DNA of 64,000 bases, from assembly GCA_951406725.2 (NCBI GenBank), contig OX597830.1, positions 28,892,001 through 28,956,000 of the forward strand, read 5' to 3'. Shown here piece by piece: positions 29,506-43,638 of this stretch. Under the pieces are notes generated by a model. It was not told the origin of the DNA. It was given only the letters and a program-made list of their open reading frames with translations, and did not search any database. This stretch comes from Octopus vulgaris. Lineage: Eukaryota. The position numbers and the translations under genes are program-made. Each line of letters opens with the position of its first letter. Position 1 is the first letter of the stretch.

Positions 29506-29765
29506 ATCTGTAAAACGTGCCAAATGTTTCGTATATAGGTATATATTCATATGTAAAGCCAAGCAGCTCTATGTTTAAGAGTACATACATAAAGCAAAAC
29601 ATACAGCGCTCTACATACACTGACCACTGATACTTGCATCTATACACACATGGATGAACAACTACGATATTGATATTGTTGGAATTAAAATGAAGGAGCA
29701 TTTGACGTTGGTTAGGAAGGGGAACTCATTCCATTTCTAAGGAACATAGCAATTAAATTAAACAA
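29506..29765 (+). mobile_element. 3' end/3'UTR of R4-type LINE (second copy)
   Basis: atctgtaaaacgtgccaaatgttt...gagtacatacataaagcaaaac...gatattgttggaattaaaatgaaggag..ggttagga aligns with 58595-58770. Confidence 0.6.
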
Positions 29766-30189
29766 TACCATAGTTATTTGTTTATACTGACATGCATCAA
29801 AACATGTATATGGATTAGTGAAAGGTTGTGATTAGAAACGGGACAAAGAAAGCAGTGACTTTATATTTCTCAAGAGCTGAATTATCTTGGAACAATTGCA
29901 TTGTGATTTTTAACTTCTCGATGCCGAATATCCTGTCCTATAAATAACAGCCAACTTAAAAGTGGTAGATACGAAACGATCATCGTCAGCTTATAATGAT
30001 GATAACGATCATGATGACGATAATAATGACGGTGATGATAATGATGACGATGTGCGTGTATGCATATGAGCGTATATATCCATACTTCTGTATCTGGCTT
30101 CCATTCTGACTCCATTTTTGTATAAAATATGCCTATATATACATACTTAGATATATACACACATACACTCATACATATTGCCACAAACA

Positions 30190-30295
<106 letters not shown>

Positions 30296-30689
30296 CATAC
30301 ATATACACATAAGTACATGCATGTATGCATGTGGCGGGGTGTATATATATATATATATATATATGCACACATACACACATAATCGCTAAGATAATTAAAT
30401 ACGAGAATAGAAACAGATAAGTAAATAAATAATGTAACTGTGTAGATAATCAGCATAAAGCATTAAACGATGGCTATGCGGTGATCATAATAAACTCTGT
30501 AGCTCTGTTTGATGACTTGTAATTGCTACATTTTCAATGCCATATGTATTTGCACAGAACGTCTGTTCTTTCTGATCCACTGATCTATCAATACATAAAA
30601 TAGCTACGCATAGGTATTTGTTCGCGTAGAGAGATATGTAAAATATATAAGAAAAACAATTGCATATAAACCTCGACTCAACCAACGGA

Positions 30690-30850
30690 ACAACGAAAGT
30701 ACGGATGAACGAAAGTACGAGCGAGCGCACGAAAGAACGAACGAACGAACCAACCAACTAGCCAACCACTCAACCATCCAACCACTCAACCAACCAGCCA
30801 ACCAACCAACCAACCAACCAACCAACCAACCAACCAACCAATCAACCAAC
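30690..30850 (+). repeat. compound (GAAC)n-(CAAC)n array
   Basis: Direct reading. Confidence 0.9.
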
Positions 30851-31035
30851 CAAAAACGACGCAAATATACGTACATCCATGCATTCTGATGCCATCTAGT
30901 AGAGAAACTTTTTTCATGAAATGACAGAACAGCAGAGCTAGGAGACATGCCCTAGAATGACCGAAACTTTTGAGTTGAAACAAGTAAAAGAGTAAGAATA
31001 ATTTAGTATATCTTTGTATCTCTATCCATCGTCAA

Positions 31036-31126
<91 letters not shown>

Positions 31127-31386
31127 CCTTGTACAGAGGCCAACCGGGACTCCTTTTTGCTCCGTGAACAGGTATTAATCTCCTCTCTTCCCTCCTTTGC
31201 GCCACATGGACTCAACTCTCCTCCACTCTTCATCTAACCTCCTCCCGTCGCCTTTCCTTCACACCTATTTCACACCTACTTCCTCCCACCCACCTCTCCT
31301 CTCTTGTTCTGACTACTAGTTCTTCACTTTTTTCCTATTCTCCTATGCTTTTCTCTTCACTCCTACCCACCTTCTCCTTATATATT

Positions 31387-31434
<48 letters not shown>

Positions 31435-31699
31435 CATACATACATACAAACATACATACATACATGCATACATACATACATACATATCTGCATTTTGTAT
31501 ACCATACTTTCATTATGTTATTTTTGCACGTAGGCCCCCTGTATATTTTATGATAAATATGTAGCTAAATAAAAGCTTATTCGACGTAATTTCATATGAA
31601 ATTACATTACGGTTATAAAAAAAAAATCTGAATGTGTGAGAATCGTATTATGCCAAAAGATAATTTAGCAGATTAACGCATAAATACGATCAACATGCC

Positions 31700-31748
<49 letters not shown>

Positions 31749-32212
31749 GGTTAGTGCATATAGACTATGCATTTGTATATTGATATGTACACACACTCTC
31801 ACACACACACAGACATGTGTGTGTGTGACCATATGTACAAGAGCGAGCCATTTCCAACGGCATAATGACTAGAAGATATATGCGTGGAGATAAGAGTATC
31901 TACAAGTATATTTCCACCAACAGATACGACATTTCTCAAAGCAGGGTGAGGTAATCTCTTTACACCAAAAGCTACCTTATCTCCTATTACATATCTACAA
32001 TAAACATTTACCGGGGGGTAATCACATGTTCCTGTTATAGGACGGTTACCACCAGCAGAAATATTGTTGGTGAATTAAGTGCTGCAGGCATGGGAATGTT
32101 GATGATGTAAGTGTTCGTAGTAATATATATATGTATATATACATGCATACATTATATATGTACGTATATCCGCGTGTGTGTTTTACTGAGCATCATCATA
32201 TAATACATACAT

Positions 32213-32255
<43 letters not shown>

Positions 32256-32801
32256 TATATATTTTTTATATATGTATGATTCATTAGAATCGAGGCACAT
32301 CAACATGTACGGCGCCAGAAATAGCAAAGTGCAATAAATAAATAAAATAATGATGAACGTATTGTGTGTTACTAGGATACTCTCGATATGTAAATAGCAA
32401 ATCCAATTCAAACGGTACATCCAACTCAGGGATTCTTGTAGGTGCAGCGTGAACATAATAAAAGCAACACAACTGGGGGTAAAAGTGCAACGCAGCTGCC
32501 TCGGTAGAGTTTCATTGCTGAATTTGAATATTACATGAGAGCATATAATCCACCTTCTTCAGATATGATTTAAAATAGCTATTTAAAAGTGGTATGAAAC
32601 CTTGATGATGAATAATCTAACCAATATATTATCCAGCATCTTCTTCCAAATATCCAAGTTGTTCTTCTGCCCAAGAATACCCAGATGGTATCAAAATAAA
32701 TTGACTGGGTTGTTGTGAATCTATCTAACATATTGTATAATATATTGGGTGAATTCAACTTCACAATGGTGTTATCTCATCAATTTATTCCTCTTTAAAG
32801 T

Positions 32802-32883
32802 TTTACCTGATGATATTAGTTTATATGCTATGATGTAATCTATGCATACATCAGTAAAAGTCAAGCGAAACAGCTGCCGTAAA
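32802..32883 (+). ncRNA. type I hammerhead ribozyme motif with long stem II
   Basis: Stem I TTTAC/GTAAA; canonical CTGATGA(32807-32813); inner stem II TGATGTA/TACATCA; GAAA(32867-32870); palindromic CAGCTG; U16.1 replaced by C. Confidence 0.65.
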
Positions 32884-33190
32884 TTCTAAACGCATTCTGT
32901 GTTCTTTTTAATACCACACATCGTTGTATAAAACATCGTTGTATACATCGTTGTATAAAACTTCCATGTCAAGTCAGGAAGTTTCGAAAATCAATGAAAT
33001 GCGTTCGTTAATTTTTCTATCTACGAGAAAGCATTTTGGTCCTCATGTCTATAACGTAGGTACACATTTAATATATAAATGTCGTATGTATGTACGTTTA
33101 CATGCAAATATATGTGTATTATGTGTATGTATATAAATAAATATATATATACGATTGTGTATGAATATATATTTTAATATGTATATATCA

Positions 33191-33237
<47 letters not shown>

Positions 33238-33611
33238 CTTATGTATGTTGTATGTATGTATATATGTGCGTATAAATGTAAATATCTATGTGTGTGATTG
33301 TATATATGTATACACACACGCATATATATATTTATTGTTAGAAAGATAGAATCATAGATGGGTAGATAGATAGATATATAGTTAGATGGCGTGTACAGTG
33401 TATGCCTATATGACAGTTCGGATTGTTATGTAAAATGATCAGATAAAAGCCACTTCATAACCGGAACAGAAAAATGAACCATTAGAATTTTATAAGCTTA
33501 AAGTTTAAATGTAAAAGTAATCGGTTTGTTATCGAATGCTTTGAGACATTGTTTCTATGATAGAAAGCAAATGCTTCTTGGAAAATATAATTCAAATAAT
33601 GAATTATATAT

Positions 33612-33705
<94 letters not shown>

Positions 33706-33751
33706 ATATATGTGTGTTTGTATATACATTTTTTTTTTTTTTTTTTTTTTG

Positions 33752-33801
33752 TACTTGTTTCAGTCATTTGACTGCGGCCATGCTGGAGCACCGCCTTTAG
33801 A
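33752..33801 (-). mobile_element. SINE family A 3' tip
   Basis: tacttgtttcagtcatttgactgcggccatgctggagcaccgcctttag is the reverse complement of the family A tail. Confidence 0.85.
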
Positions 33802-33965
33802 GTGGTGAAAGAGTACAGCAGGGATCACCACCTCCTGCCGGAGCCTCGTGGAGCTTTTAGGTGTTTTTTTCGCTCATAAACACACACAACGCCCGGTCTG
33901 GGAATCGAAACCGCGATCATCCGACCGCAAGTCCGCTGCCCTAACCACTAGGCCATTGCGCCTCC
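33802..33965 (-). mobile_element. tRNA-derived SINE family B
   Basis: Reverse strand: A box TGGCCTAGTGG, B box GTTTCGATTCC; colinear with 49693-49850. Confidence 0.85.
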
Positions 33966-34008
33966 TATACATTGCGCCTCCTATATATACATGTATATAT
34001 ATATATAA

Positions 34009-34062
<54 letters not shown>

Positions 34063-34372
34063 AGGAGCACTCCGTCGGTTTCGACGACGAGGATCCCAGC
34101 TAATACGATCAACGGAACAGCTTGCTCGTGAAATTAACGTGTAAGTGACAGAGCACTCTACAATAACGTGTACCCTTAACACTGTTCTCGGGGAGAGTTA
34201 GCGTGACAAGGCTGACCCTTTGAAATAGAGGTACTATTCATTTTTGGCACCTGAGTGAACTGGAGCAAGGTGAAATAAAGTGTCTTGCTCAAGGACACAA
34301 CGCATCACCCTGAATTGAACTCACGACATTACGATCATGAGCCGAATGTCCCTAATCCCTAAGCCACTTGCC

Positions 34373-34376
<4 letters not shown>
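34063..34376 (-). mobile_element. tRNA-derived SINE family D (family C-like head, different tail)
   Basis: Reverse strand head gaaggcaagtggcttagggattagg...gagttcaattc then gtgtccttgagcaagacactttatttcaccttgctccagttcactcag shared with 19601 and 48496. Confidence 0.8.
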
Positions 34377-34415
<39 letters not shown>

Positions 34416-34895
34416 GGATATATATACATATATATACATACACACATACACATATATATATATATATGAATTTATATGATTGTATATAAGTATACTCCTC
34501 TAACCAGGACTAGAAGCACCTGTAATGGTCCAAACATATGACTGCAATTCTTCTGGCAGACAATTCCTCAAAGATACCCCAACAAACAGAATGTAACTCA
34601 GGCAACACAGTTAAATAGCTGTTCAAGAAAAAGTGGTTAAAAACCAACAAAGCCTTCATATCGATAAGTACTAAGCTTGCAGCTCATGTAGCACCAAGGC
34701 AATGAAAGTGAAAAATGACATTGCATTATTATTTCATTGTAGGTCCAGTGGCGATAGGACGAGATTAGAGGAACTCCTCAGTTTAGATCTTGAAAACGGG
34801 CATCTAAATCGGTGGTCATTTTTCACAGACTTGAACCGAAAATACTGAACAATAGACACATACATACATATCCATATTGCGGGAGTAAAGCAGGG

Positions 34896-34983
34896 AAAAT
34901 CCATATGTTTCGCAACTAGCAGATACTGTTCTGTAATAATTATTCAATGACGGATACTCAGCTTGCTAGTCATCAGGCCGATT
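34896..34983 (-). ncRNA. type I hammerhead motif, cleavage site apparently deleted
   Basis: Reverse strand: aatcggc-CTGATGA-CTAGCA...TGCTAG-ttgc-GAAA-CATATG-GATT; palindromic helix III; the UH and start of the stem I 3' strand are missing. Confidence 0.55.
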
Positions 34984-35134
34984 ATACATTAATTATATGA
35001 AGGTTGTTTTGTGGTTAAGGAATACCAAGTTAACTCACCGAAGAGTTCTCTTAACTGAGATGATCATACAAGGGGCATCAACACGAAAGTTGGCAGACCA
35101 AATGATAATATTATGTAATTATATATCATAAATA

Positions 35135-35243
<109 letters not shown>

Positions 35244-35377
35244 GTTTATCCGTGTGTGTCTATCTATACATATGAAAATATATACAGCGAACCGAAAAAA
35301 ACTGTTTGTATGCGTATGTCCTTGCATGTGCACGCATATATATACGTAGTTATGTAAATGTATATATAAAACTTTAG

Positions 35378-35891
35378 TAGCCAAATGAGATGGTGTGGCC
35401 ATATTGTTCGAATGGCGGATGAACGCATGCCTAAACAGCTGTTTTATGGTGAGCCTGCAGAGGGAAAACGCTATCGGCGTAAACCTAAAAAAAGGGTTTA
35501 AGGCCGATATAAGGACTACTATGAAGTCACTTGAAATGGTGCCAAAAGTCATGGAAACCCATGTTTCGGAGCGAGCTGGATGGCAAATAAAAGTGTGGAG
35601 TGGAGTAAAAACGTTTGAAGAGGCCGGATAGCGCCTATATATCTGGGCACACATTTGAATGCAATGTAAGCCAGGAGGTTTGCAAATCCAAAGAAGGCCT
35701 CCAAAAACGTTTTGAGATCTACAAAAATCAAAACTTATTTGCTGCCCTTCGTGGTACAAATCGGACATGCAATTTACGTGGGTATACGTTCAGAATATTG
35801 TCTGGTTTAAAAAGCCACATCAGATGCCGTGATGGTTCAAATGTGTAGATAAAGGAGGTGATAAAACTCTACATAACACGTAGACAACAAC

Positions 35892-35892
<1 letters not shown>
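35378..35892 (+). pseudogene. RTE-clade LINE ORF C-terminus, frameshifted
   Basis: [35 protein letters not shown] / [30 protein letters not shown] / ..ILSGLKSHIRC: RTE RW.GH.RM..R.PK.LFYGE motif plus a decayed C2H2-like tail. Confidence 0.85.
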
Positions 35893-35922
<30 letters not shown>

Positions 35923-36353
35923 TCATACATACATATATACATACATACATGTATGAATATATATATATATATATATACACATTTATATATATATATATTA
36001 TGTATATATATACATATATATATATATACATATCTATCTAACTATCTATCTCTTTATCTCGTTCTGTCTCGGTATACATACAGACACATATAGACATAAA
36101 ATACGCGCACCCACCCACAAAGATAAACACACACAAACGCACACACACACACACACAAACACGCACACATATATAAATATAAACATATCACCTTGCCCAG
36201 AGAACACACATACACACAAATAATAAATGTGATGCATTAGGATCGCAAAAGCGTTTCCAAATGCATAGCCAGAGAAACGCCAACACACAGACACAAGGCC
36301 TAGAACAGACTTACACATATATAGCACTATCTATCTATATATCTATCCATCCG

Positions 36354-36419
<66 letters not shown>

Positions 36420-36578
36420 AGTGTATGTGTGTTTTTATGGGTGTGTATGCGGGTGTATAAAAACAGACACAAATACAGACACACAAATACAGACACACTC
36501 ATACACGCACATATATAGGTGCATAAATGCGTGTCTGTTTATTTTCCTCTCGCTCTCTTTCTTACTACTTACTATATG

Positions 36579-36679
<101 letters not shown>

Positions 36680-36793
36680 ATAGATATACATATATATACA
36701 TATATATGTATAAATATATATTTAAATATAAATATACATACATATATATATATACATATATGCATATATATGTATATATACATATATATATTC

Positions 36794-36824
<31 letters not shown>

Positions 36825-36884
36825 CTTACATATATATATACATATACATGTATATGTTCATATATATACATATATGTATATAAA

Positions 36885-36942
<58 letters not shown>

Positions 36943-36956
36943 TGTATATATATGTA

Positions 36957-37160
36957 CCCGACACCACTTGACAACCGGTGTTAACGAATTTAGAACTGCG
37001 TAACTTATAGCTGGGGCAACAAAAGTAATATTTATATGTGCCGGACATTAAAAAGAAAGTGAAAACTGTCGTCAACTCATTCCGCTACAAATGTTTCAAT
37101 GCTGTGTCCTAGTGTAGCCGCAGTCTCATAACTGAAAGAAGTAAAATGTGAAAAATAAAA
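36957..37160 (+). mobile_element. degraded SINE family A 3' half
   Basis: cacttgacaaccggtgtt...gtaactta...gccgcagtc..actgaaagaagtaaaa. Confidence 0.6.
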
Positions 37161-37182
37161 GGAATACGTATACCTTTTATTT

Positions 37183-37259
<77 letters not shown>

Positions 37260-37279
37260 AGATAAGCACGTACAGCAAC

Positions 37280-37410
<131 letters not shown>

Positions 37411-37419
37411 CATATATAC

Positions 37420-38010
37420 ATACTTGGATTGGTTTCGCCCACTATTGGCCCATGCTATGTCTAAGTTAATAGCACAGCCTGGCAAAGCCATTCAAGTCAG
37501 AAATCGCATAACATGGCGCACTCAAGCTGAGTGCAATTGTTTGCAGATATATATCCGTGTGGATGAGGTATATCCAGGATTTTTTGATGTGTATGGTGTC
37601 TATTTCTTTTTTAATGTGTTTTGGTGTAATGCAGTAGCAATTGAGGTGAAATAATTGCACCGTATTGTTGTTACGTGATGCGAATATGGTTTATGTTGGG
37701 TGGATAGCACGGGGTTCAAATCTTGGGTGTATCTTAAAGGCGATCCCAAAATCATTTCGGCAATGCCGTTGGAATATTTTCCACATCATGCAGATAACGT
37801 ACCGCTCATACCTGCGTTAGAGAAAATAGAGCTTGAGGTTTTCTAGTCGACCCCAATATGCAAGGCCTGTCATACCATCTATCATTTTTGTAATAGACAT
37901 TTGAGGTGCTTCAAATTTCATGATATTTTGTTTTGTGTGAGAAGACCCCTGTGGAGAACAGTTTTCAAGGTGGGGTCGAGTAAATGCAGAGAACACAAGG
38001 ATAAATGCAG
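37420..38010 (-). pseudogene. CR1/L2-group LINE reverse transcriptase C-terminus and 3' end
   Basis: Reverse strand FSAFTRPHLENCSPQGSSHTKQNIMKFEAPQMSITKMIDGMTGLAYWGRLENLKLYFL*RRYERYVICMMWKI matches the CR1-type RPHLEYC..W.P...LE.VQR..TK..L.Y.ERL..L.LYSL.RRR motif. Confidence 0.85.
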
Positions 38011-38231
38011 AGAACATAAGGATATATATATACATCTCACCCGTTGACCAAATGTTTCAGAGTAAGTTTCTAACTAATGGTGTAGCACAGTCAACGGTGG
38101 TGCACACATATATACACACTCACATAGGCACACACGTATGTACAAATGCGAATATAGATAGATACATATACATACATATATATATGTATTTCTACATATG
38201 TATGTATTTGTGTGTATTCGAATGTCTATAT

Positions 38232-38420
38232 ACTTGTCGTACCCCGTCGCTTGATAGGCGGCTTTACTTATTTAAGACGTCTCTACCTACCGTTTGGATA
38301 TCGATACCAATAAAATATTATTGGGCTTAAATATATGTATTTCTAGGCGATTTTTCAATTGAACACTTCAAGGCGACCCCCTCTGTGTGTGAATAGAATG
38401 CAATGACTGAAATTAAATAT
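38232..38420 (+). mobile_element. highly degraded SINE family A 3' half
   Basis: cgtcgcttgata...ttcaaggcg...aatgactgaaa. Confidence 0.45.
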
Positions 38421-38464
38421 ATATATATATATATACATATATATATACATGTGTGTGTGTATAG

Positions 38465-38506
<42 letters not shown>

Positions 38507-38924
38507 GTGTGTGTTTATAGAAATATATATATATATATATATATGTGTATATATATGTATGTATATGTATACATATATGTATATATATATATATATGTGT
38601 ATGTATTCATATATATATATATATATACATATATAAGTATACATATATATATACATACATATACATATATATACATAAATACACACATATATATATATGC
38701 GTATATATGCATATATGTAGACAAATTCGCACATACATTAGAAGTGGCCTGAAAGTGATGGGCTTGTACTGGAAGCCCAGGTAATCTTAAGTCAAATGGT
38801 ACCAAATAAATGTCTTTTAAATTATATATATACACATACATACATATGTATATATATATATATATGATATATCTAAGTAATTATGTATGTATGTATGCAT
38901 GCATGTGCGTATGTATATGTGAGT

Positions 38925-39142
38925 GTGTGTGTTTGCACGCCGGTATCGCTTGACAGCAGATGCTCAGGTGTTTACATCCACCTGACTTAGAGTTTTGGGG
39001 AATAGGGGAAAGAGCGATGGAGTAATTAGTAGACTTAAAGACAATAAATTTTGGGGTTTATTTTTCCGCCTAAAACCATTAAAGATGGTGCTCCAGTGAG
39101 GCCGTAGACAAATGAGTAAAACGATTGAAAGAATAAAAGAAT
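38925..39142 (+). mobile_element. degraded SINE family A 3' half
   Basis: atcgcttgacagcagatgct..gtgtttacatcc...gatggtgctccag..ggccgtag.caaatgag. Confidence 0.7.
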
Positions 39143-39144
39143 CA

Positions 39145-39740
<596 letters not shown>

Positions 39741-39743
39741 CAT

Positions 39744-39777
<34 letters not shown>

Positions 39778-40004
39778 GTAATATATATATATATATATAT
39801 ATATATACGCTCACATATATATACATATGTATATATATATTGCTTGGATTAAATTAGTTTCTGCAAGTCTAAATACGTATTTATCTCTTTCGGTACCGTT
39901 AAATTTCGCACTTACGTTACACCTGCTTTCCATGTACCACCCACAAATCAATACGGAATCAATATAATACATGTATATACATACACACACAGTTTTATAT
40001 ATAT

Positions 40005-40162
40005 GTGTGTGGTAAGTAGCTTGCTAACCAACCACATGGTTCCGGGTTCAGTCCCACTGCGTGGCATCTTGGGCAAGTGTCTTCTGCTATAGCCTCGGGC
40101 CGACCAAAGCCTTGTGAGTGGATTTGGTAGACGGAAACTGAAAGGAGCCTGTCGTATATATG

Positions 40163-40193
<31 letters not shown>

Positions 40194-40417
40194 GTGTGTG
40201 TTTGTGTGTCTGTGTTTGTCCCTCTAGCATTGCTTGACAACCGATGCCGGTGTGTTTACGTCCCCGTCACTTAGCGGTTCGGCAAAAGAGACCGATAGAA
40301 TAAGTACTAGGCTTACAAAGAATAAGTCCTGGGGTCGATTTGCTCGATTAAAGGTGGTGTTCCAGCATGGCCACAGTTAAATGACTGAAACAAGTAAAAG
40401 AGTAAAAGAGTAAAAGA

Positions 40418-40420
<3 letters not shown>
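40005..40420 (+). mobile_element. SINE family A, near full length, low divergence
   Basis: Head gtgtggtaagtagcttgct..ccaaccacatggttccgggttcagtccc (B-box-like GGTTCAGTCCC), internal TA/TG microsatellite, (GTAAAAGA)3 tail. Confidence 0.9.
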
Positions 40421-40472
<52 letters not shown>

Positions 40473-40829
40473 TGCATATGTGTATTTCTGTATGTATATC
40501 TATGTGTGGAGTGTGAAACAGGCAGATATCTAGGACAAAGAAAGAAACCTGAAGAAGGAAGGGAGTATCAAGAAAACACATAAGTAAACATGTCCTAAAT
40601 ACATATGAAAAAAATATATGAAAAAATTAACAGTAAAAAAAAAAATGATAAATCAAGCAAAAAATATATAAAGCAGAACTGAACAGAGAAGAGCAGCAGC
40701 CAAGTTTGGAATTATTATCTCTTGTTCAACGTCTTGGCTGTTTTGTCTTACGATGAAAAATAATAATGATGATGATGATGATGATTATGGGTGATGATGA
40801 TAATGATGATAATAATAATAATAATAATT

Positions 40830-40860
<31 letters not shown>

Positions 40861-41073
40861 AATATATAGCAATGAAGGTAGACCGCTTGATGAACGAGGA
40901 ATATTTTTACTGACCAAAAGCCACACATCGACAATATTTTATGTGTGTGTATGTGTGTTTGTCTTGCTTGCAATTCAGACTGCTGCTGCAAACGAACGGA
41001 ACTTCTGACAACGCGTACATATTTGTGTATATGTGTGTGTGCATGTGTGTGTGCTTGTGTGCATGTGTGTACA

Positions 41074-41104
<31 letters not shown>

Positions 41105-41301
41105 ACGTAATATGAAATAATGCTGCGCTGTTCACTGCTTTGAACATCTTTATCTCTTGTGTAGATGTGTGACTGTAGTTGCAGTTGCAGCATCTTCATC
41201 CCACTGCAGCTTTATTCCGCCAACGACGACTTGTGTGCGAGGTGTTTGGGAAACGGGGTAATACTGGCCAAAAAAATTTCGCTAAAACCCACCGCCACCA
41301 A

Positions 41302-41357
<56 letters not shown>

Positions 41358-41417
41358 AAACCACCACCACCACCACCACCACCATCACCACCACCACCAC
41401 CACCACTACTACTGCTG

Positions 41418-41455
<38 letters not shown>
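41302..41455 (+). repeat. compound (ACT)n-(ACC)n-(ACT)n array
   Basis: Direct reading; poly-Thr pseudo-ORF. Confidence 0.95.
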
Positions 41456-41870
41456 GTTTGTTGTTGTTTTCGTTGTCATGTTTGTCCGTACTCTTGTTTG
41501 TTTGGGAATGTGGTGTTGCCTATTCTTTTTGTTTTATTATCTGATCATTTTTTAATTTTACGGAAATAACGGGTATATTAAAGGTATCTATGTCTCAGTG
41601 ATTGTTCTTGAGTGTGGCTACGTGTATCTGCGCGTGGCTCTGTGTGTACGCCTGTTTGCGTGTGTGTATGTGCGTGTGTGTGTGTATGAATGATTGAGAG
41701 AATGTGTGTGTACATATGAAATTGTTAGATTTATACCAGTTGTGTACGTGTAGATGCTTTATATGAAGAACAGAAGCTAAAAGATAGAATGAGTGAGAAT
41801 GTGATAGATAGAGTGATAGATATAGGAGTAGATAGTTAAATATGTAAGTTTATATATGTTAGTCTATATA

Positions 41871-41924
<54 letters not shown>

Positions 41925-41929
<5 letters not shown>

Positions 41930-42157
41930 CTTTACTGCCCATAAAAGGCTAAACACAGAGGGGACAAACAAGGACAAACAAAAGGATTAAGTCGATTAGA
42001 TCGACCCCAGTGCGTAGCTGGTACTTAATTTCTCGACCTTGAAAGGATAAAAGGCAAAGTCGACCTCGGCGGAATTTGAACTCAGAACGTAACGACAGAC
42101 GAAACACCGGTAAGAATTTCGCCCGGCGTGCTAACGTTTCTGCCAGCTTGCCGCCTT
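41925..42157 (-). mobile_element. SINE family E, full length
   Basis: Reverse strand ggcggcaagctggcagaaacgttagcacgccgggcg...gagttcaaattccgccgaggtcgac (B box GAGTTCAAATTCC); related copies at 44584, 45866, 57644. Confidence 0.85.
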
Positions 42158-42165
42158 ATATACAC

Positions 42166-42228
<63 letters not shown>

Positions 42229-42236
42229 TATATGTA

Positions 42237-42294
<58 letters not shown>

Positions 42295-42300
42295 TACATA

Positions 42301-42337
<37 letters not shown>

Positions 42338-42404
42338 TAGGAGGATATAGTGGATTAAGTATATAACTAGGTAGGAAGATGGATAGATAGATAGATAGAT
42401 AGAT

Positions 42405-42460
<56 letters not shown>

Positions 42461-42756
42461 TATGAGTGAGTGAGCGAGTGAGTTAGAAAGTGTATAAGTG
42501 ACAGTGAGTCGGACAGACAAACAGACAGTCAGAGACTTACAGTAAGAGAGAAATGCAATAGAAATAATCCGGCACAATATATATATGAGGATAAAAAATA
42601 TTTCATGCTATGCCATATATAATATCAGAAATAATCATAGTTATATATGTGTAGTAAACTTTTCCACATGTACGAATCTTCTGTTTGTCTCTCTCTGTCT
42701 CTCCTTCACCCTCTCTGTCTCCGTCTCTCTCCCTATCACTCTATCAATAATTCTTT

Positions 42757-42791
<35 letters not shown>

Positions 42792-42792
42792 G

Positions 42793-42831
<39 letters not shown>

Positions 42832-42834
42832 AAT

Positions 42835-43241
42835 ATTTCAATCATTTGACTGCGACCATGCTGGGTCACCACTTTTGGTCGAACGAATCGATCAGAAGAC
42901 TACATATTTTTGCAAGACTACTATTTATTGTATCAGTTCTCTTGACTAGCCGCGCAGTCACGGGGACGTAAACACACCAACATCGGTTGTCAAGCGATGG
43001 TCGTGAGGGGACAAACACAGACACACAAACATGTACATACATATACATACACACATGCACACACACACTTGCACACACACACACATACACACACATATAT
43101 ATATTACGACGGGCTTTTTCTAGTCTCCGCTACCAAATCACTCTCAAGGCTTTGGTGGGCACGAGGCTATAGTAGAAGACACTTCCCCAAGGTTCCACGC
43201 AGTGGAAGCGAATCCGGTACCATGTGTTCGTGAAGCAAGCT
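42835..43241 (-). mobile_element. SINE family A, older copy, head truncated
   Basis: Reverse complement colinear with 40005-40400. Confidence 0.85.
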
Positions 43242-43242
43242 T

Positions 43243-43638
43243 GTGGCTGTGTGGTAAGTAGCTTGCTTTCCAACCACATGGTTCCGGGTTCAGTCCAACA
43301 ACATGGCACCTTGGGCAAGTGTCTTCTACTATAGACTCGGTCCGACCAAAGCCTTGTGAGTGGATTTGGTAGACGGAAACTGCGAGAAACCCGTCATATA
43401 TATGTATATATATGTATATATATATGCATGTGTGTGTATATGTTTGTGTGTCTGTGTACCCCCAACATCGCTTGACAACAGATGGTGGCTTGTTTACGTC
43501 CCCTTAACTTAGCGGCTCGGCAACATAACCTATAGAATAAGTACTAGGCTTATAGAGAATAAGTCCTGGTTTCGATTTGCTCGGCCAAAGGTGCTGCTCC
43601 AGCATGCCCGCAGTCAAATGACTGAAACAAGTAAAAGA

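Noticed and set aside
32495-32570. Minus-strand CTGAAGA...GAAACTCtaccGAG motif
   Set aside because: No UH cleavage site and no stem I; probably chance
41165-41569. 134-aa Cys- and Thr-rich mucin-like ORF
   Set aside because: The core is an (ACT)/(ACC) microsatellite; no signal peptide or recognisable domain
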